A stretch of 47,429 nt of DNA from a virus, in the UHGV virus genome UHGV-1350683, one strand, 5' to 3'. The notes beneath the pieces were generated by a model, which saw only the letters and a list, made by a program, of their open reading frames with translations, had not been told where the DNA came from and did no database searches. Numbering within the stretch: position 1 is the first letter of the stretch; every line of letters begins with the position of its first letter. The translations under genes and the position numbers were made by a program. Of the stretch, positions 1 to 14,005 are shown piece after piece.

Positions 1-909
1 AGGATACAGCGCACTAAAATCGCAAACCTCACCAATGTTTGCTGTAGAAACATCCTATCAGAAGGATATGGCTGATTTGGATGCTTATGCCAAAGCGTAC
101 CCGCAAAAGATGGCAGAGATACAGCAAACCAGAGCTACAATTGAAGAGCAATATCGCCAGCAGCGACTTGATGCGATGTGGCAGGAGTGGAGTCAGCAAA
201 ACGCAGCCACACAAGCGGCGGCGGCAGCGTTTGATGCTTTCGGGCAGACGGCCGGTAATGCTTTAACTGGCATCCTTACTGGTTCAATGTCTGTATCAGA
301 TGCGCTGCGATCAATTGGTTCAAATATTCTGTCCAGCGTTATTAATGCTTTCGTTCAAATGGGCATCCAGTGGGCGCAGTCAGTGATAATGGGGCAAGCA
401 GGTATGGCTGCGGCTTCTGCTGCAACAATGGCGCAAGCTGCGGCAATAGCAGCAGCAATGGCTCCTGCTGCTGCTATGACATCTCTCGCAACCGCTGGCG
501 CAAACTCAGCCCCTGCTATGGCAGGAATTGGGGCAACGGTTGGCCTCGCAAAGACAATGTCTATTGCTGGCGCGCTGAAAAATGGCGGACCAGCTCAGGA
601 AGGCTCAATGTACCGAGTAGGAGAGAATAACCTACCTGAGATATTCCAGGCATCAAACGGTCATCAGTACATGATACCGGGTGATAGTGGTCGCGTTATC
701 AGCAACAAAGACCTTACGGGCGGCAGCGGTGGCGTTGTGGTTTATAATAACGTCATCAACAACAGCTCAGCGCAGGTCAGCAGCAGCGCCAGAGATAACG
801 GTGACGGCAGCGTAACAATTGAGACTATTGTGAGTGATATTGAGAACAATGGCGCGATAGGGCAGGCCATTTCAAGAAATTACTCAACAAACCGGAGAGC
901 AACAGAATA

Positions 910-910
<1 letters not shown>
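1..910 (+). CDS. tail tape measure protein, C-terminal portion (continues in frame from window end)
   Basis: Frame 2,5,..35 is open from nt 2 and contiguous with the last codon of the window (aa+a). Ala/Gly/Met-rich low-complexity core. Followed by M/L/K/J-like tail genes. Confidence 0.7.
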
Positions 911-4711
<3,801 letters not shown>

Positions 4712-4750
4712 TACAATATACATCAAATTCACAAAGGAGCATTTATTATA

Positions 4751-7123
4751 ATGGCTACCACACCAACCAATAAACCAATCCCATCAGAAGACCCGCGCGA
4801 CCTTAAGTTCAATGCCGGGAAAATCGACGAGGTTGTCAGCTCTGATGCGCACTACTACACCGATCGCTTCGGTTTGCGCCGCTGGACTATTGCTGGCTTT
4901 CAGTACACAGCAGAAGAGGCTATCCGCAACTATGGATATATCACTTTAAAGAGCTTTCAGCTTGGCGCGCCACTTCCTAACAATGAATTAACTCTTCCAA
5001 ATCATGTTTTGCAGGATGAAACCAATGGAGAGTATTACCGATGGGATGGCCCATTTCCTAAATCCGTTCCTGCCGGATCAACTCCAGAAACATCTGGTGG
5101 TATTGGTGTTGGTGCGTGGGTTGGTGTTGGTGATGCAGCATTACGTGGACAGCTGGGTTCTCTTTCTGGATTAACATTCAATACCGTAGGTGACATTTTT
5201 ACCGGGACTACATCTAGCGGTCAGACGGTAACCCTTAAGGCAGGGGATACGGTAACTACTGGCGGCGGTACGCAGTGGCGGATATTGATCGACTCACCTT
5301 CTGCCATGTCAGCGATAAAGGCTACCTCACCGTTTAATGTGATCGATTTTGGGGCGGACAGGACAGGCGTTGCCGATTCTACCGCAGCATTTATCCAGGC
5401 TGGCGGGGCTCTAATCCCCACTGGTACTTATAAAATTGAGTCAAATCTCGCCCCGACATACACCACAGATGGTGAAGTCACTATCACCGGGTCAGGCACG
5501 GTAAAAATTCTACCCGTCGGGCAGGACTCAGTCCAAAAAAATCTTCCAGTATATATTAATAAAAATACTGGTGGCATCTTGTATTCAGATAATTACACTA
5601 CTATCACCGCAAATACTGGTGAGTTCTATCGAGAGCCGTCGATAGTTCACACCTCATTTAACAACCGCGTTTTTCTTATGTACACAGTGCTGGTTGGTAC
5701 ATCTTTTGACCCCGGTCAAGATGCGAACCAAACGTCAAGAATAGAGATTAGAAACTCAAACAACAATCTATCTTTTGACCCGCCAATTGTTATTTCAACA
5801 GAAGGGGAGCAGCAAGCAGCAGAACCATGCTTTGCTTTTGACCACAAAAGGGGACGCATCTGGTGTTTCTATACCACCGCGCGCGGCAGGGTAGGGGTAG
5901 GACATGGCTCTACTGGTTTCGACCCTAACACTACTTTCCAGAACTGGATGACCTATAGCGATAACTACGGCACCCAATGGACTAACCCGGTAAATATTAC
6001 CACCTCAGTTAAGCCCGAAAATGCTACTTCTGCCTGGTTCTCTCCATCTCCTCTCTGCGTAACCGGAGACGGGGACCTTCTTGTCCCTTATGCCTGGATT
6101 CTCAATGGTGGCGTTTTCTATCACGGCTATATCCGTGTTTCTGAAAACGCCGATGGGACTTTCAAATACAATCGTCAACTCATCCTGGCTGGTGGGACAG
6201 AAGGGTCTAACGGGGCTGGTGAACTACAGATAACCCAGCTTGGGGATGGGTCTCTTCTGGCGCTAATCCGTGATTATTATAACGACGACACCAGCGTCAC
6301 AAAAGGGCGGCAGCGTGTCTATCGAAGTTTTGACTCCGTAAATTGGATTTATCAGTCATCTATTGACACCACGAATTGTAAAGCGGGCATGTGCTTATAT
6401 TCATCAATGTCTAATGGTGACTCCCGTGATGTGTTGCTCGTAACTGCGCCGACAGGTGACAACCACGACTATCGATTCAGAAATGATTTAAGGACATGGG
6501 TTTCAACTAATAACGGGGTTTCCTGGACTGAGTTCACAGGAACTATGTTTGATGACCCGGGACTCTATACGGGGTACAGCACAATAACCCCAGTTGGTTC
6601 TGGTGGTTTTATGTCTATCACAGAAGGCCAAAACACTTTCAATTTCTTGAGGGTTAAACACCGGGCTATCGGGGCATTTTCTGGCGTTAGTAACTATGCA
6701 AAAAGTTGGGGGCAGTTACCGTCGGTTATTGGTTCACAGGAAAATGCTTTATGTGCTTCTTATGACATCCCTCAATTGAGTCTGTTCTGGAATTCAGATT
6801 CTCGTACGCTCAAAGCCAACATTTTCGGCTCGGCAGTGCAGCTCTCAACCTCGGCAGTGACACTAACCATTTCAACTCCAACAACATTCATAAACTCAAA
6901 CAACGCAGGTATCTATTATCTAAGCGCTAGCATGACCCTGAATGAGATAACGGGTAATGCGGATAAAGTATTATTAGTCAGCACTACGTCTTCTCAGCCG
7001 ATTACCTTGCAGGAGAGTACATCAATACCTATTGAAAGACGCATACGCGTTAATAAGACGCTTTCGGCGGCGGCTATTATGCTTTACAGAACGAGTACTG
7101 GTTGGTGGGCGGATAGGGGGTAG
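4751..7123 (+). CDS. tailspike/tail fiber with putative sialidase-like (Asp-box/BNR) beta-propeller region
   Basis: 790 aa with an RBS AAAGGAG upstream. Asp-box-like motifs YSDNYGTQW and STNNGVSWTEF, plus an SFDSVNW-like repeat. Last gene of the tail cluster before a terminator. Confidence 0.5.
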   Translation: MATTPTNKPIPSEDPRDLKFNAGKIDEVVSSDAHYYTDRFGLRRWTIAGFQYTAEEAIRNYGYITLKSFQLGAPLPNNELTLPNHVLQDETNGEYYRWDGPFPKSVPAGSTPETSGGIGVGAWVGVGDAALRGQLGSLSGLTFNTVGDIFTGTTSSGQTVTLKAGDTVTTGGGTQWRILIDSPSAMSAIKATSPFNVIDFGADRTGVADSTAAFIQAGGALIPTGTYKIESNLAPTYTTDGEVTITGSGTVKILPVGQDSVQKNLPVYINKNTGGILYSDNYTTITANTGEFYREPSIVHTSFNNRVFLMYTVLVGTSFDPGQDANQTSRIEIRNSNNNLSFDPPIVISTEGEQQAAEPCFAFDHKRGRIWCFYTTARGRVGVGHGSTGFDPNTTFQNWMTYSDNYGTQWTNPVNITTSVKPENATSAWFSPSPLCVTGDGDLLVPYAWILNGGVFYHGYIRVSENADGTFKYNRQLILAGGTEGSNGAGELQITQLGDGSLLALIRDYYNDDTSVTKGRQRVYRSFDSVNWIYQSSIDTTNCKAGMCLYSSMSNGDSRDVLLVTAPTGDNHDYRFRNDLRTWVSTNNGVSWTEFTGTMFDDPGLYTGYSTITPVGSGGFMSITEGQNTFNFLRVKHRAIGAFSGVSNYAKSWGQLPSVIGSQENALCASYDIPQLSLFWNSDSRTLKANIFGSAVQLSTSAVTLTISTPTTFINSNNAGIYYLSASMTLNEITGNADKVLLVSTTSSQPITLQESTSIPIERRIRVNKTLSAAAIMLYRTSTGWWADRG

Positions 7124-7137
7124 AAATAAAAACAACT

Positions 7138-7164
7138 AAGGCCCCTCACGGGGCCTTTTCTTAT
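7138..7164. terminator. intrinsic terminator (bidirectional, between convergent genes)
   Basis: AAGGCCCC-TCAC-GGGGCCTT followed by TTCTTAT. Confidence 0.7.
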
Positions 7165-7217
7165 ATAGCGTTTACCGTTTGCATTACCCTAATAGATACT
7201 GCTGTTAAGGTGATTAC

Positions 7218-7787
7218 TTACCCAGAGATATTAAACATACCTAACTGAATACCATCTACCATGAAAGGGTCCGTTGAACCAAGTGTGTAAGTAGCTAATA
7301 CGTTATCTCTGTTAGCAATGTCCGTACCCTGTACTTTAACACTAGCGCCTGAACCCACTACCGTAGTTCCATTGGTTCGTCTTGTTTGTGTTCTCCATTC
7401 CCTTGCTGTACCAGCACCTCCTGCAATAGTTCCTGAGATACGAACACTGAACATTACTTGAGTATTCCTGGTTCTAACAGGGAACTTAAGATTACCCTCC
7501 TCAATAGTTAAAGATGCTGTACCCCCAGGTGATTTAGATATCCCTGGTAATGAAAAGTAATTGAACCAAGACTGATCATTTACTGCTTGGTTCCCTGTCT
7601 ATGCATACAAATCCAGGAGGAAAGTATCTTCTAACTCTGTTGGCGGGAAAGGTAGAAGTTCTGGAGGAATCTCTGAGATGCTATTAGCAGAAACTATTCG
7701 TTCCCCATAACTCCCCGCGACCAGCAAACCACCCTTCATTTTACATACAACATCCTTACCACTCTGGAAAATATCTTTGATAGACAT
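7218..7787 (-). CDS. Gly/Thr-rich fibre-like protein interrupted by an in-frame amber codon (TAG at 7599-7601)
   Basis: ORFs 7599..7814 and 7218..7454 share one frame (offset 360 nt); the 144 nt between them has no stop except the single TAG. Start ATG at 7787 with RBS GAGG. C-terminal part VMFSVRISGTIAGGAGTA...VVGSGASVKVQGT. Confidence 0.45.
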
Positions 7788-8008
7788 AGTTACCTCGCAG
7801 TTAATACCAGACACTATGTCTGGATGTATTCCATCATGCTAAGTATTATCTAAGAGTCATCTTATGATACGACCCTATTTGGGTTCCTAACTTTACAACT
7901 ACGGTAATATTATGAATGAATCAGGTGAGCTGCTTCTAGTCAGACTGGAGTAACGATTGAATCCCTCGAAACTTTACTGGCGGGAATTGCGGGTAAGTAA
8001 GTGACACA

Positions 8009-8036
8009 ACCCCGCTTCGGCGGGGTTAGTTTTATC
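8009..8036. terminator. intrinsic terminator downstream of the leftward SSB operon
   Basis: AACCCCGC-TTCG-GCGGGGTT followed by a T-rich run. Confidence 0.55.
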
Positions 8037-8037
8037 A

Positions 8038-8520
8038 TCAGAAGGGTATTGAATCGTCGAAGTCCATCGGAGGCTCATTTCCTCCTTGTGGGATTTGTTG
8101 TTTTGGTTGCTGCTGTTGTCGTTGCGGATGTTGGCCTGATTGCTGGCGTGGTTGCTGACCAGAATCGTCACGTCTACCACCAAGCATCTGCATAACGCCA
8201 CCCATCTGCGGAATGACAATCTCAGTGGTGTATTTATCCACGCCGTTGCTGTCAGTCCACTTACGAGTGCGAAGTTGTCCTTCGATGTAAACCTGCGAAC
8301 CCTTGCGAAGGTATTCTGCTGCAACTTCCGCAAGTTTTCCGAAGATGACCACGCGATGCCACTCGGTCTGCTCTTTCTTTTCCCCTGTCTGCTTATCTTT
8401 CCACTGCTCAGATGTTGCAACAGAAATGTTGGCAATTGCAGAACCTGATGCAGAATACTTAACTTCAGGGTCGTTACCGAGAGTGCCAACGATAATTACT
8501 TTATTTACGCCGCGTGCCAT
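8038..8520 (-). CDS. ssb: single-stranded DNA-binding protein
   Basis: OB-fold SSB N-terminus, a Gln/Gly/Pro-rich linker and an acidic tail ending DFDDSIPF. Confidence 0.9.
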   Translation of the reverse strand: MARGVNKVIIVGTLGNDPEVKYSASGSAIANISVATSEQWKDKQTGEKKEQTEWHRVVIFGKLAEVAAEYLRKGSQVYIEGQLRTRKWTDSNGVDKYTTEIVIPQMGGVMQMLGGRRDDSGQQPRQQSGQHPQRQQQQPKQQIPQGGNEPPMDFDDSIPF

Positions 8521-8523
8521 TTA

Positions 8524-9186
8524 TTAAAATCCTTCAATTGGAGTTGGTTTATGTTCGGTTTTTGTTTCTTCCTGCGGTTCTGGCTGTTGTGGTTGCGGTT
8601 TAGCCAGTTTTGCAGGGTTGAATGATTCGCCTGACGCCATGAATTTAGCCTTCATTTCCTGATACGCGCCAACAATAACGCGAGTTGCTGCATCATCACC
8701 ACGAAACGCCTTGTATTCTTCGCCATAGATTGAGGCTAACTCTTCCATGCTTGCTGCGTTTCGAATTAATGCGACTGCGTCTTTTGGTGATTTGCGAGCG
8801 GCATTACCATCATCATCAGCCTGAGCAATACCAAACATTGCCGCGATTGAATATCTGCGTGCATATGTCATTGCAGAACCGTAGCCCTGAGCATCCTTCT
8901 TAGCCACTGGCATTGGCATAACGGATGACATGTACTCGCCAGATTCATGCATTATCGTTGTTTCAAGTTTAAGCACATCCATAGAATCACCATCAATGGC
9001 ATTCTGGATGATTATAAGACCATTAGCCTCAAGCGCTGGACGTATTGCATCAAGGAATGACTCAAGGTTTGCGTAATTGCTTTTCAGGTGTGGGTTTTTG
9101 GCGTTTTTCTTTGCGCCACTACTCATCACCTTTCTAGCCTCAACCAGAGCCTTAATCAGATTTGCTTTCTGTTCTGAGAAAATCAT
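8524..9186 (-). CDS. Erf-family single-strand annealing protein
   Basis: Motif KSNYANLESFLDAIRPALEANGL resembles the ERF-family core. Gene is located between ssb and an exonuclease gene. Confidence 0.55.
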   Translation of the reverse strand: MIFSEQKANLIKALVEARKVMSSGAKKNAKNPHLKSNYANLESFLDAIRPALEANGLIIIQNAIDGDSMDVLKLETTIMHESGEYMSSVMPMPVAKKDAQGYGSAMTYARRYSIAAMFGIAQADDDGNAARKSPKDAVALIRNAASMEELASIYGEEYKAFRGDDAATRVIVGAYQEMKAKFMASGESFNPAKLAKPQPQQPEPQEETKTEHKPTPIEGF

Positions 9187-9389
9187 TTTTTGCCCCTTGA
9201 AGATTCAATCCAGTTAATCGCATCGTCTACAGCGTTTTCGCCGTCAAATACTTTATTTTTGGCGTCAGATTTCGACACGACAGTCGGTCGTTTATTATCC
9301 ATAGCCTGAAAAATCCAATTGCGTTCTGTTTCTTCGATAATCTTGCCGCCAATAAGCAGGCCGCTTGTTTTTGCATGAATTGCCATCAC
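9183..9389 (-). CDS. hypothetical protein
   Basis: 68 aa, coupled to neighbouring genes in the leftward operon. Confidence 0.35.
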   Translation of the reverse strand: MMAIHAKTSGLLIGGKIIEETERNWIFQAMDNKRPTVVSKSDAKNKVFDGENAVDDAINWIESSRGKK

Positions 9390-9409
9390 TTCACCTCATT
9401 TACTATAAA

Positions 9410-10369
9410 TTATAGGTTAAACTGCTTCTTGAACCATTCAGGCGTTTCCATTTCGATAACAGGATTACCCATTGAATAACCCGGCCACGAATTAGCTTTT
9501 TTGCACGCCTTGTAAATCTCCATTGCGCCATTCAACTGAATGCGACCGATTCGTAATTGCTCTTCAGTCAAACGAATCAAAGCAGGAATAAACGGAGCTT
9601 TCTTTTCCTGAACTAAAAGGTTTACCGAACGCGGTGCATGACCGTATGCCGCAACAAACATATCGTGCTGCATAGCCATTTTCATAAAGTAACCAAGTCG
9701 CGCAGCATGACGGAAAAACTCATCAGGCTTGGCGCTAACTGCTGTCTTGTAGTCAATGATGTCGCCACCTTTGGTAAGGCAGTCAAAGCGAACTTTTGCC
9801 AGCTCTCCGTTAAGTTCACCCAATATTGACACTTCAGCATAAGCACCAGCAAGAAGACTACTGTAATAGCTGTTCGCGTGGATTACAGCACGCATTTGCT
9901 GGATAGCATCATAATCACTACCTTCCAGCATCTGCTTGCCTGCGGCAGACTTTTCAGCTTCTTCACGGATAACATCGTAAATTTTCACTGGTTCTCCAGT
10001 GGCCTGAATTATTTTGATAACCTCAGCTTTAGACTTCCCTGAGAGTCCTTTGATACCTCGTTCTTTTGCCCATGAATTCATATCTGCGGTAGTTACCAGC
10101 ACCGTTGGTTTTCCATCTTTGTCTTTTGGAAAATCATCCACAACAGGCATTCGAGCATATTCCGCCTCGAAACGCTCAGGTTCAAGCAGAGCTGTATGGC
10201 TTCCCGTACCGAAGACAAGAGCTTTTGATTGCTCATCTTCTTCGTCTTTGTAGCGCCATGCTGCTGGGCATCGGTCATATATGTTCCACAAACCAGAACC
10301 ATTAATATGCTCTGTGTCGGCATGGTAAGACTCATTGCTGAGTTCATTGTTGAAATATACTTTCATCAC
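9410..10369 (-). CDS. PD-(D/E)xK exonuclease (YqaJ/lambda-Exo-like)
   Basis: Motifs RFDCL ... IIDYKT (D...D/ExK). 319 aa. Adjacent to the Erf-like annealase. Confidence 0.55.
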   Translation of the reverse strand: MMKVYFNNELSNESYHADTEHINGSGLWNIYDRCPAAWRYKDEEDEQSKALVFGTGSHTALLEPERFEAEYARMPVVDDFPKDKDGKPTVLVTTADMNSWAKERGIKGLSGKSKAEVIKIIQATGEPVKIYDVIREEAEKSAAGKQMLEGSDYDAIQQMRAVIHANSYYSSLLAGAYAEVSILGELNGELAKVRFDCLTKGGDIIDYKTAVSAKPDEFFRHAARLGYFMKMAMQHDMFVAAYGHAPRSVNLLVQEKKAPFIPALIRLTEEQLRIGRIQLNGAMEIYKACKKANSWPGYSMGNPVIEMETPEWFKKQFNL

Positions 10370-10563
10370 TCAAACTCCACAAAATCATCGCCAACCATGC
10401 TTACCACAATAAAACCAGATTCATCTTCGTACAGTCCATTCCAAACATCTCCTGCATTATCATTAATGTGAAACTGCATTCCGTTAAACTCTGCATCATA
10501 CAGTTCACCCTCTGTAAATCTGCCACTCGTTGAACTTGCACAGAATAATTTCATCTTCATCAC
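10366..10563 (-). CDS. hypothetical protein
   Basis: 65 aa, with the promoter-motif region immediately upstream. Confidence 0.3.
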   Translation of the reverse strand: MMKMKLFCASSTSGRFTEGELYDAEFNGMQFHINDNAGDVWNGLYEDESGFIVVSMVGDDFVEFE

Positions 10564-10592
10564 CTCTCTTGTTATTGTTAGTTGAATCTACA

Positions 10593-11018
10593 TCAATCAA
10601 CATCAAAAGGCAAGCCAAAATAAAAAAGCGTGGCTTTTTTTAGTTCATCAAGGCCGTAAGCGATTGCCGCATAATGACCAAGCCTGCACATCTCTGTTAG
10701 CACTGCTGATTGATCCTTGCTCACTCTGCTCTTACTTTTGTCACGGCGCTTTGCTTCAATCATTCCGCAACTGTGCTTCACTCCCGGCGTCATTATCACA
10801 TTGTCGCCTATTCCAGTCTTAACCCCCATCTTCTGGCGCTTCAGCACAAACTGCACCCTGCTTGATGTGCCAGTTTCGTTTGGTACATGAAACCACAGAA
10901 CATCAGGGAAGCGGTGTTGCATCCATGTGCCGTAACCCATCTGGTCAGTCTCCTCTTTTGGGCATTCGCCGCGATAACCGCTATCGAATACCCATATACC
11001 GCTATCAAGCTGCCTCAA
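10593..11018 (-). CDS. VRR-NUC domain nuclease
   Basis: 141 aa with GMIEAKR (ExK) and GDN motifs. Immediately downstream of the SF2 helicase, as in many phage replication modules. Confidence 0.5.
   Translation of the reverse strand: MRQLDSGIWVFDSGYRGECPKEETDQMGYGTWMQHRFPDVLWFHVPNETGTSSRVQFVLKRQKMGVKTGIGDNVIMTPGVKHSCGMIEAKRRDKSKSRVSKDQSAVLTEMCRLGHYAAIAYGLDELKKATLFYFGLPFDVD
10611..10641. terminator. possible A/T-rich hairpin terminator
   Basis: AAAAAAGC-GTG-GCTTTTTTT, downstream of the VRR-NUC gene. Confidence 0.35.
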
Positions 11019-11028
11019 TTTGTTCTCC

Positions 11029-12945
11029 TTAAAATTCTTTGCGGTGGATTATGTCTCGGCCTTTATCGTTAAATCTATGCGTTATTCGCTTTGGCGCACG
11101 AATAAGTCCGGTAAATGCCATAAATGCTTTTGCGCTATGGCAATTCATAAGGTTATCAATTAGATTCCTGTCTGATACGTGATTCAACAAACCTTTAATC
11201 TTGAACTGATTTTTCAGATACTTCTCTTGTCTCCCAAAAGGATAAAAGACCTCATTAGCCCACCCATCTTTGCCATTCTCTTTCGTGATGAAATAACGAT
11301 AAACAACACCCTTTTCATCTTTCGTTAATTCAATCTTGAAGTCTTTAACATCAGTCCACTCATTATCGGTATACGCACGCTCATTCAATGCCGCATTAGG
11401 GTCGCGCAAAACATGATCACAATGTCGGCAATAACGCGCCGTCGTGTCGTTTTTAGTACCGCAACCATCATCAAAAATACGGATTCCGTGCTTATCGAAA
11501 CCGCAACGGATGTAACTGAAAAACTCCTCGCATCGACCATCTGGAGATAGTGCATCTTTGCCAATACAGCGGCGCGCATATGGGCTGTTCATTGTTCCGC
11601 ATTTCGGGCACGGAACCTGTTCACCACTGCGTTTTGAACGCTGCGCTTCGGCTTCTTCCAGAATTGGGTCTTCATATAGCTGACCAAGCTCAAACATCGT
11701 ACCGGAGAAATCAAGAACCAGATGGTCTTCTTTATGATACCCGGCGTCAATTTGCTCTTTCTTCAGCAAGCGCATTCCTCGACCAAGCAACTGAACAAGA
11801 AGGGTGAGTGACATTATTTTTCGTAATATGACGCTTGTATCCCAAAGCGGGATATTGACGCCAGTCGTCAAACAACCAATCTGGAAAACATATTTAATCT
11901 TGCCAGTGTATGCGTCTTTTAATGCCTTGCGTCTGGCTTTCTGTCCCATATCCTCGGTGACGATAGCATAACTTCCTTTGGGTAAATATTTAGCCGCTTC
12001 CTGACAGTGTTTTTTACCAGCGCATGTGATCAGCACTCCGTTCCTGTTTTTAGTCAACTCCATAACCTTGAGCATGATTTTCTGCGTCAACGTACCTTGC
12101 TCAAGTATTTCTTTCTGCATCTGCTTGAGTTGCTCGGAAGTAAAGTCCTGCGTACCATCGCTTCCAGACGCTTCAAATGCTGACAGATCGTAATGCAAGT
12201 CATCAATATCATGCAGACCAAAAATCGTAGGCACAAGAAACCCAATATCAACAAGATATTTGGTGTCAATGTTTACTATTTCATGTTTCCAGTAAGCACC
12301 CTTAATAGAGTCGGTTCCACGAAACGGGCTGCCTGTGTATCCAATAACGATAACATCGTGACCGTATTTAGCCTTACATCTGCGGTTAAGTTCAGTCATG
12401 ATGACGCCATATTGCGTTTCAGGACTTTCGCTTACCACGTCCTCCCAGTTCATCTGGTGGCATTCGTCAATAAGGATATAGCGAGGGCAAAAATCTGAAA
12501 GCGCGCCTTTAGAAAGTAAATTTCCTGACTCGTCCTTCTTATCGAAAAGGCCATTTATTATTGTTCCCTCAGTCCCAGCAATAAGCGGGTATGCCGTTGA
12601 TTTTCTGCCAAGAGACGCGCTGAATAGTGAGTTTTTAACACTCAGATTCCACAGCTCTTCCGCATCCTGCTCAATAATTTCTCCCTGACGGGCAATGACA
12701 AGACCTTCCCACCCCATATCCTGAAAGCGCCGCGCAATCATGGCAATCATAATAGTCTTTCCAGCACCTACTGATGCCGTCACAAAACTTGGTTTCGGGT
12801 CTTTGCCAAACTTGCGGATAACTTCAGCCGTCTTTTCATAAACCAGCCATTGATAAGGTCGTGGCTCAATCTCACCCGTATGAACAACTGACCGCAATTT
12901 GTCTATATCCAGCTCCGCAATCATTGCGTCGATTTTATGCGTCAT
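11029..12945 (-). CDS. SF2 DEAD/DEAH-type DNA helicase with C-terminal zinc ribbons
   Basis: Walker A TASVGAGKT, motif II DECH, motif VI-like GRGMR. C-terminal CPKCG..C and CRHC motifs. Confidence 0.75.
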   Translation of the reverse strand: MTHKIDAMIAELDIDKLRSVVHTGEIEPRPYQWLVYEKTAEVIRKFGKDPKPSFVTASVGAGKTIMIAMIARRFQDMGWEGLVIARQGEIIEQDAEELWNLSVKNSLFSASLGRKSTAYPLIAGTEGTIINGLFDKKDESGNLLSKGALSDFCPRYILIDECHQMNWEDVVSESPETQYGVIMTELNRRCKAKYGHDVIVIGYTGSPFRGTDSIKGAYWKHEIVNIDTKYLVDIGFLVPTIFGLHDIDDLHYDLSAFEASGSDGTQDFTSEQLKQMQKEILEQGTLTQKIMLKVMELTKNRNGVLITCAGKKHCQEAAKYLPKGSYAIVTEDMGQKARRKALKDAYTGKIKYVFQIGCLTTGVNIPLWDTSVILRKIMSLTLLVQLLGRGMRLLKKEQIDAGYHKEDHLVLDFSGTMFELGQLYEDPILEEAEAQRSKRSGEQVPCPKCGTMNSPYARRCIGKDALSPDGRCEEFFSYIRCGFDKHGIRIFDDGCGTKNDTTARYCRHCDHVLRDPNAALNERAYTDNEWTDVKDFKIELTKDEKGVVYRYFITKENGKDGWANEVFYPFGRQEKYLKNQFKIKGLLNHVSDRNLIDNLMNCHSAKAFMAFTGLIRAPKRITHRFNDKGRDIIHRKEF

Positions 12946-13020
12946 AGCAACTAACCTTTGTTGATGTTTCTACGTCAGTTAGCTTATACTCAATCTACAC
13001 CAACAATCAAGGGTCAATTT

Positions 13021-13974
13021 ATGAGATACGACTGGAAAGACATTGAGCCAAAAATGCTTGGAAATTGGCAAGCTGCCATCATGTCTATCGTCAATGTGGA
13101 TAGCAGAGTTTTCAATGGAAAGCACCAGCCATGTCCGTCATGCTATGGGAAAGACAGGTATCGATTTGATGACAACTTCGAAACAAAAGGCGATGGCGGA
13201 GCAATATGCAATCAGTGCGGTTCCGGTAGCGGCATGAACTGGCTAATGAAACTCTCCGGAATGAGCTTTCCTGAAGCGCTGGAGGCACTTGGTGGATTCC
13301 TGAATATGCACCCACGCGAAAAGCTGGAGGCAATCAGGAAGGAGATGCCGAAGATAAATTACAATGATGACTTCATCACCGAGCAGGAAGTCGCCGCAAT
13401 CATGGCTAAAACGACGAGTGTCGCGATGAATGAGTGGAGTTTGATAAATGGTATCGGTTGCGAAGTTAACGTCGTCAGAGGCAAATCTGGAGGGCTTATT
13501 GCGGTTGAGATGATGCGCGCTGACACAATGAAGCCATGCAACGTGGCATTCATTGGCATGGATGGTGATTCATTCAGAACGTTTTTCCGTGCTGGATACA
13601 ACAAAGACTCAGCCATCAACGGCAAACTCACGCGCGGAGCGATAAGTCCAATCGGAGAAGACAACGGAAAGTTCATTTACCTGGTATCTGATTATGCAGA
13701 TGCGTGGAAATGCCATTACTTCACTGGCGCGCATGTCTGGTGCTGCTGGTCGCCGGAAAACATGTGGGAGGTTGTGCGCTCGGTTAGCGATGAGGTGAAA
13801 GCGAGGTTGCGCTGCATAGTTAATTATAAATTCGACGAACTGTGCGCCGCAGAGAATGCAGGCCTTCCGGTGATGCTTCCTGATGATGCTGACACCATCA
13901 GGATGGCAAAGAGAATCAGGAGAAAAATTTATGACGCTGGCGAGCTGATAGAAAAAATGTCAGTCAGCAGATAA
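13021..13974 (+). CDS. DNA primase (zinc-ribbon plus toprim-like)
   Basis: CPSCYGKDRYRF...CNQCGSG zinc-binding motif at the N-terminus. Divergent from the helicase gene. Start chosen at MRYDWKD with an upstream RBS. Confidence 0.6.
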   Translation: MRYDWKDIEPKMLGNWQAAIMSIVNVDSRVFNGKHQPCPSCYGKDRYRFDDNFETKGDGGAICNQCGSGSGMNWLMKLSGMSFPEALEALGGFLNMHPREKLEAIRKEMPKINYNDDFITEQEVAAIMAKTTSVAMNEWSLINGIGCEVNVVRGKSGGLIAVEMMRADTMKPCNVAFIGMDGDSFRTFFRAGYNKDSAINGKLTRGAISPIGEDNGKFIYLVSDYADAWKCHYFTGAHVWCCWSPENMWEVVRSVSDEVKARLRCIVNYKFDELCAAENAGLPVMLPDDADTIRMAKRIRRKIYDAGELIEKMSVSR

Positions 13975-13977
13975 AAG

Positions 13978-14005
13978 AAACCCTCCATCTGGAGGGTTTT
14001 TGTTA
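13978..14005. terminator. bidirectional intrinsic terminator
   Basis: AAACCCTCC-ATCT-GGAGGGTTT followed by TTG. Confidence 0.75.

Noticed and set aside
81-630. Alternative-frame ORFs (61 and 86 aa) inside the tape-measure gene
   Set aside because: Generated by the Ala/Gly-rich repetitive codons (GCN/GGN) of the tape measure; Arg/Cys/Trp-rich nonsense translations.
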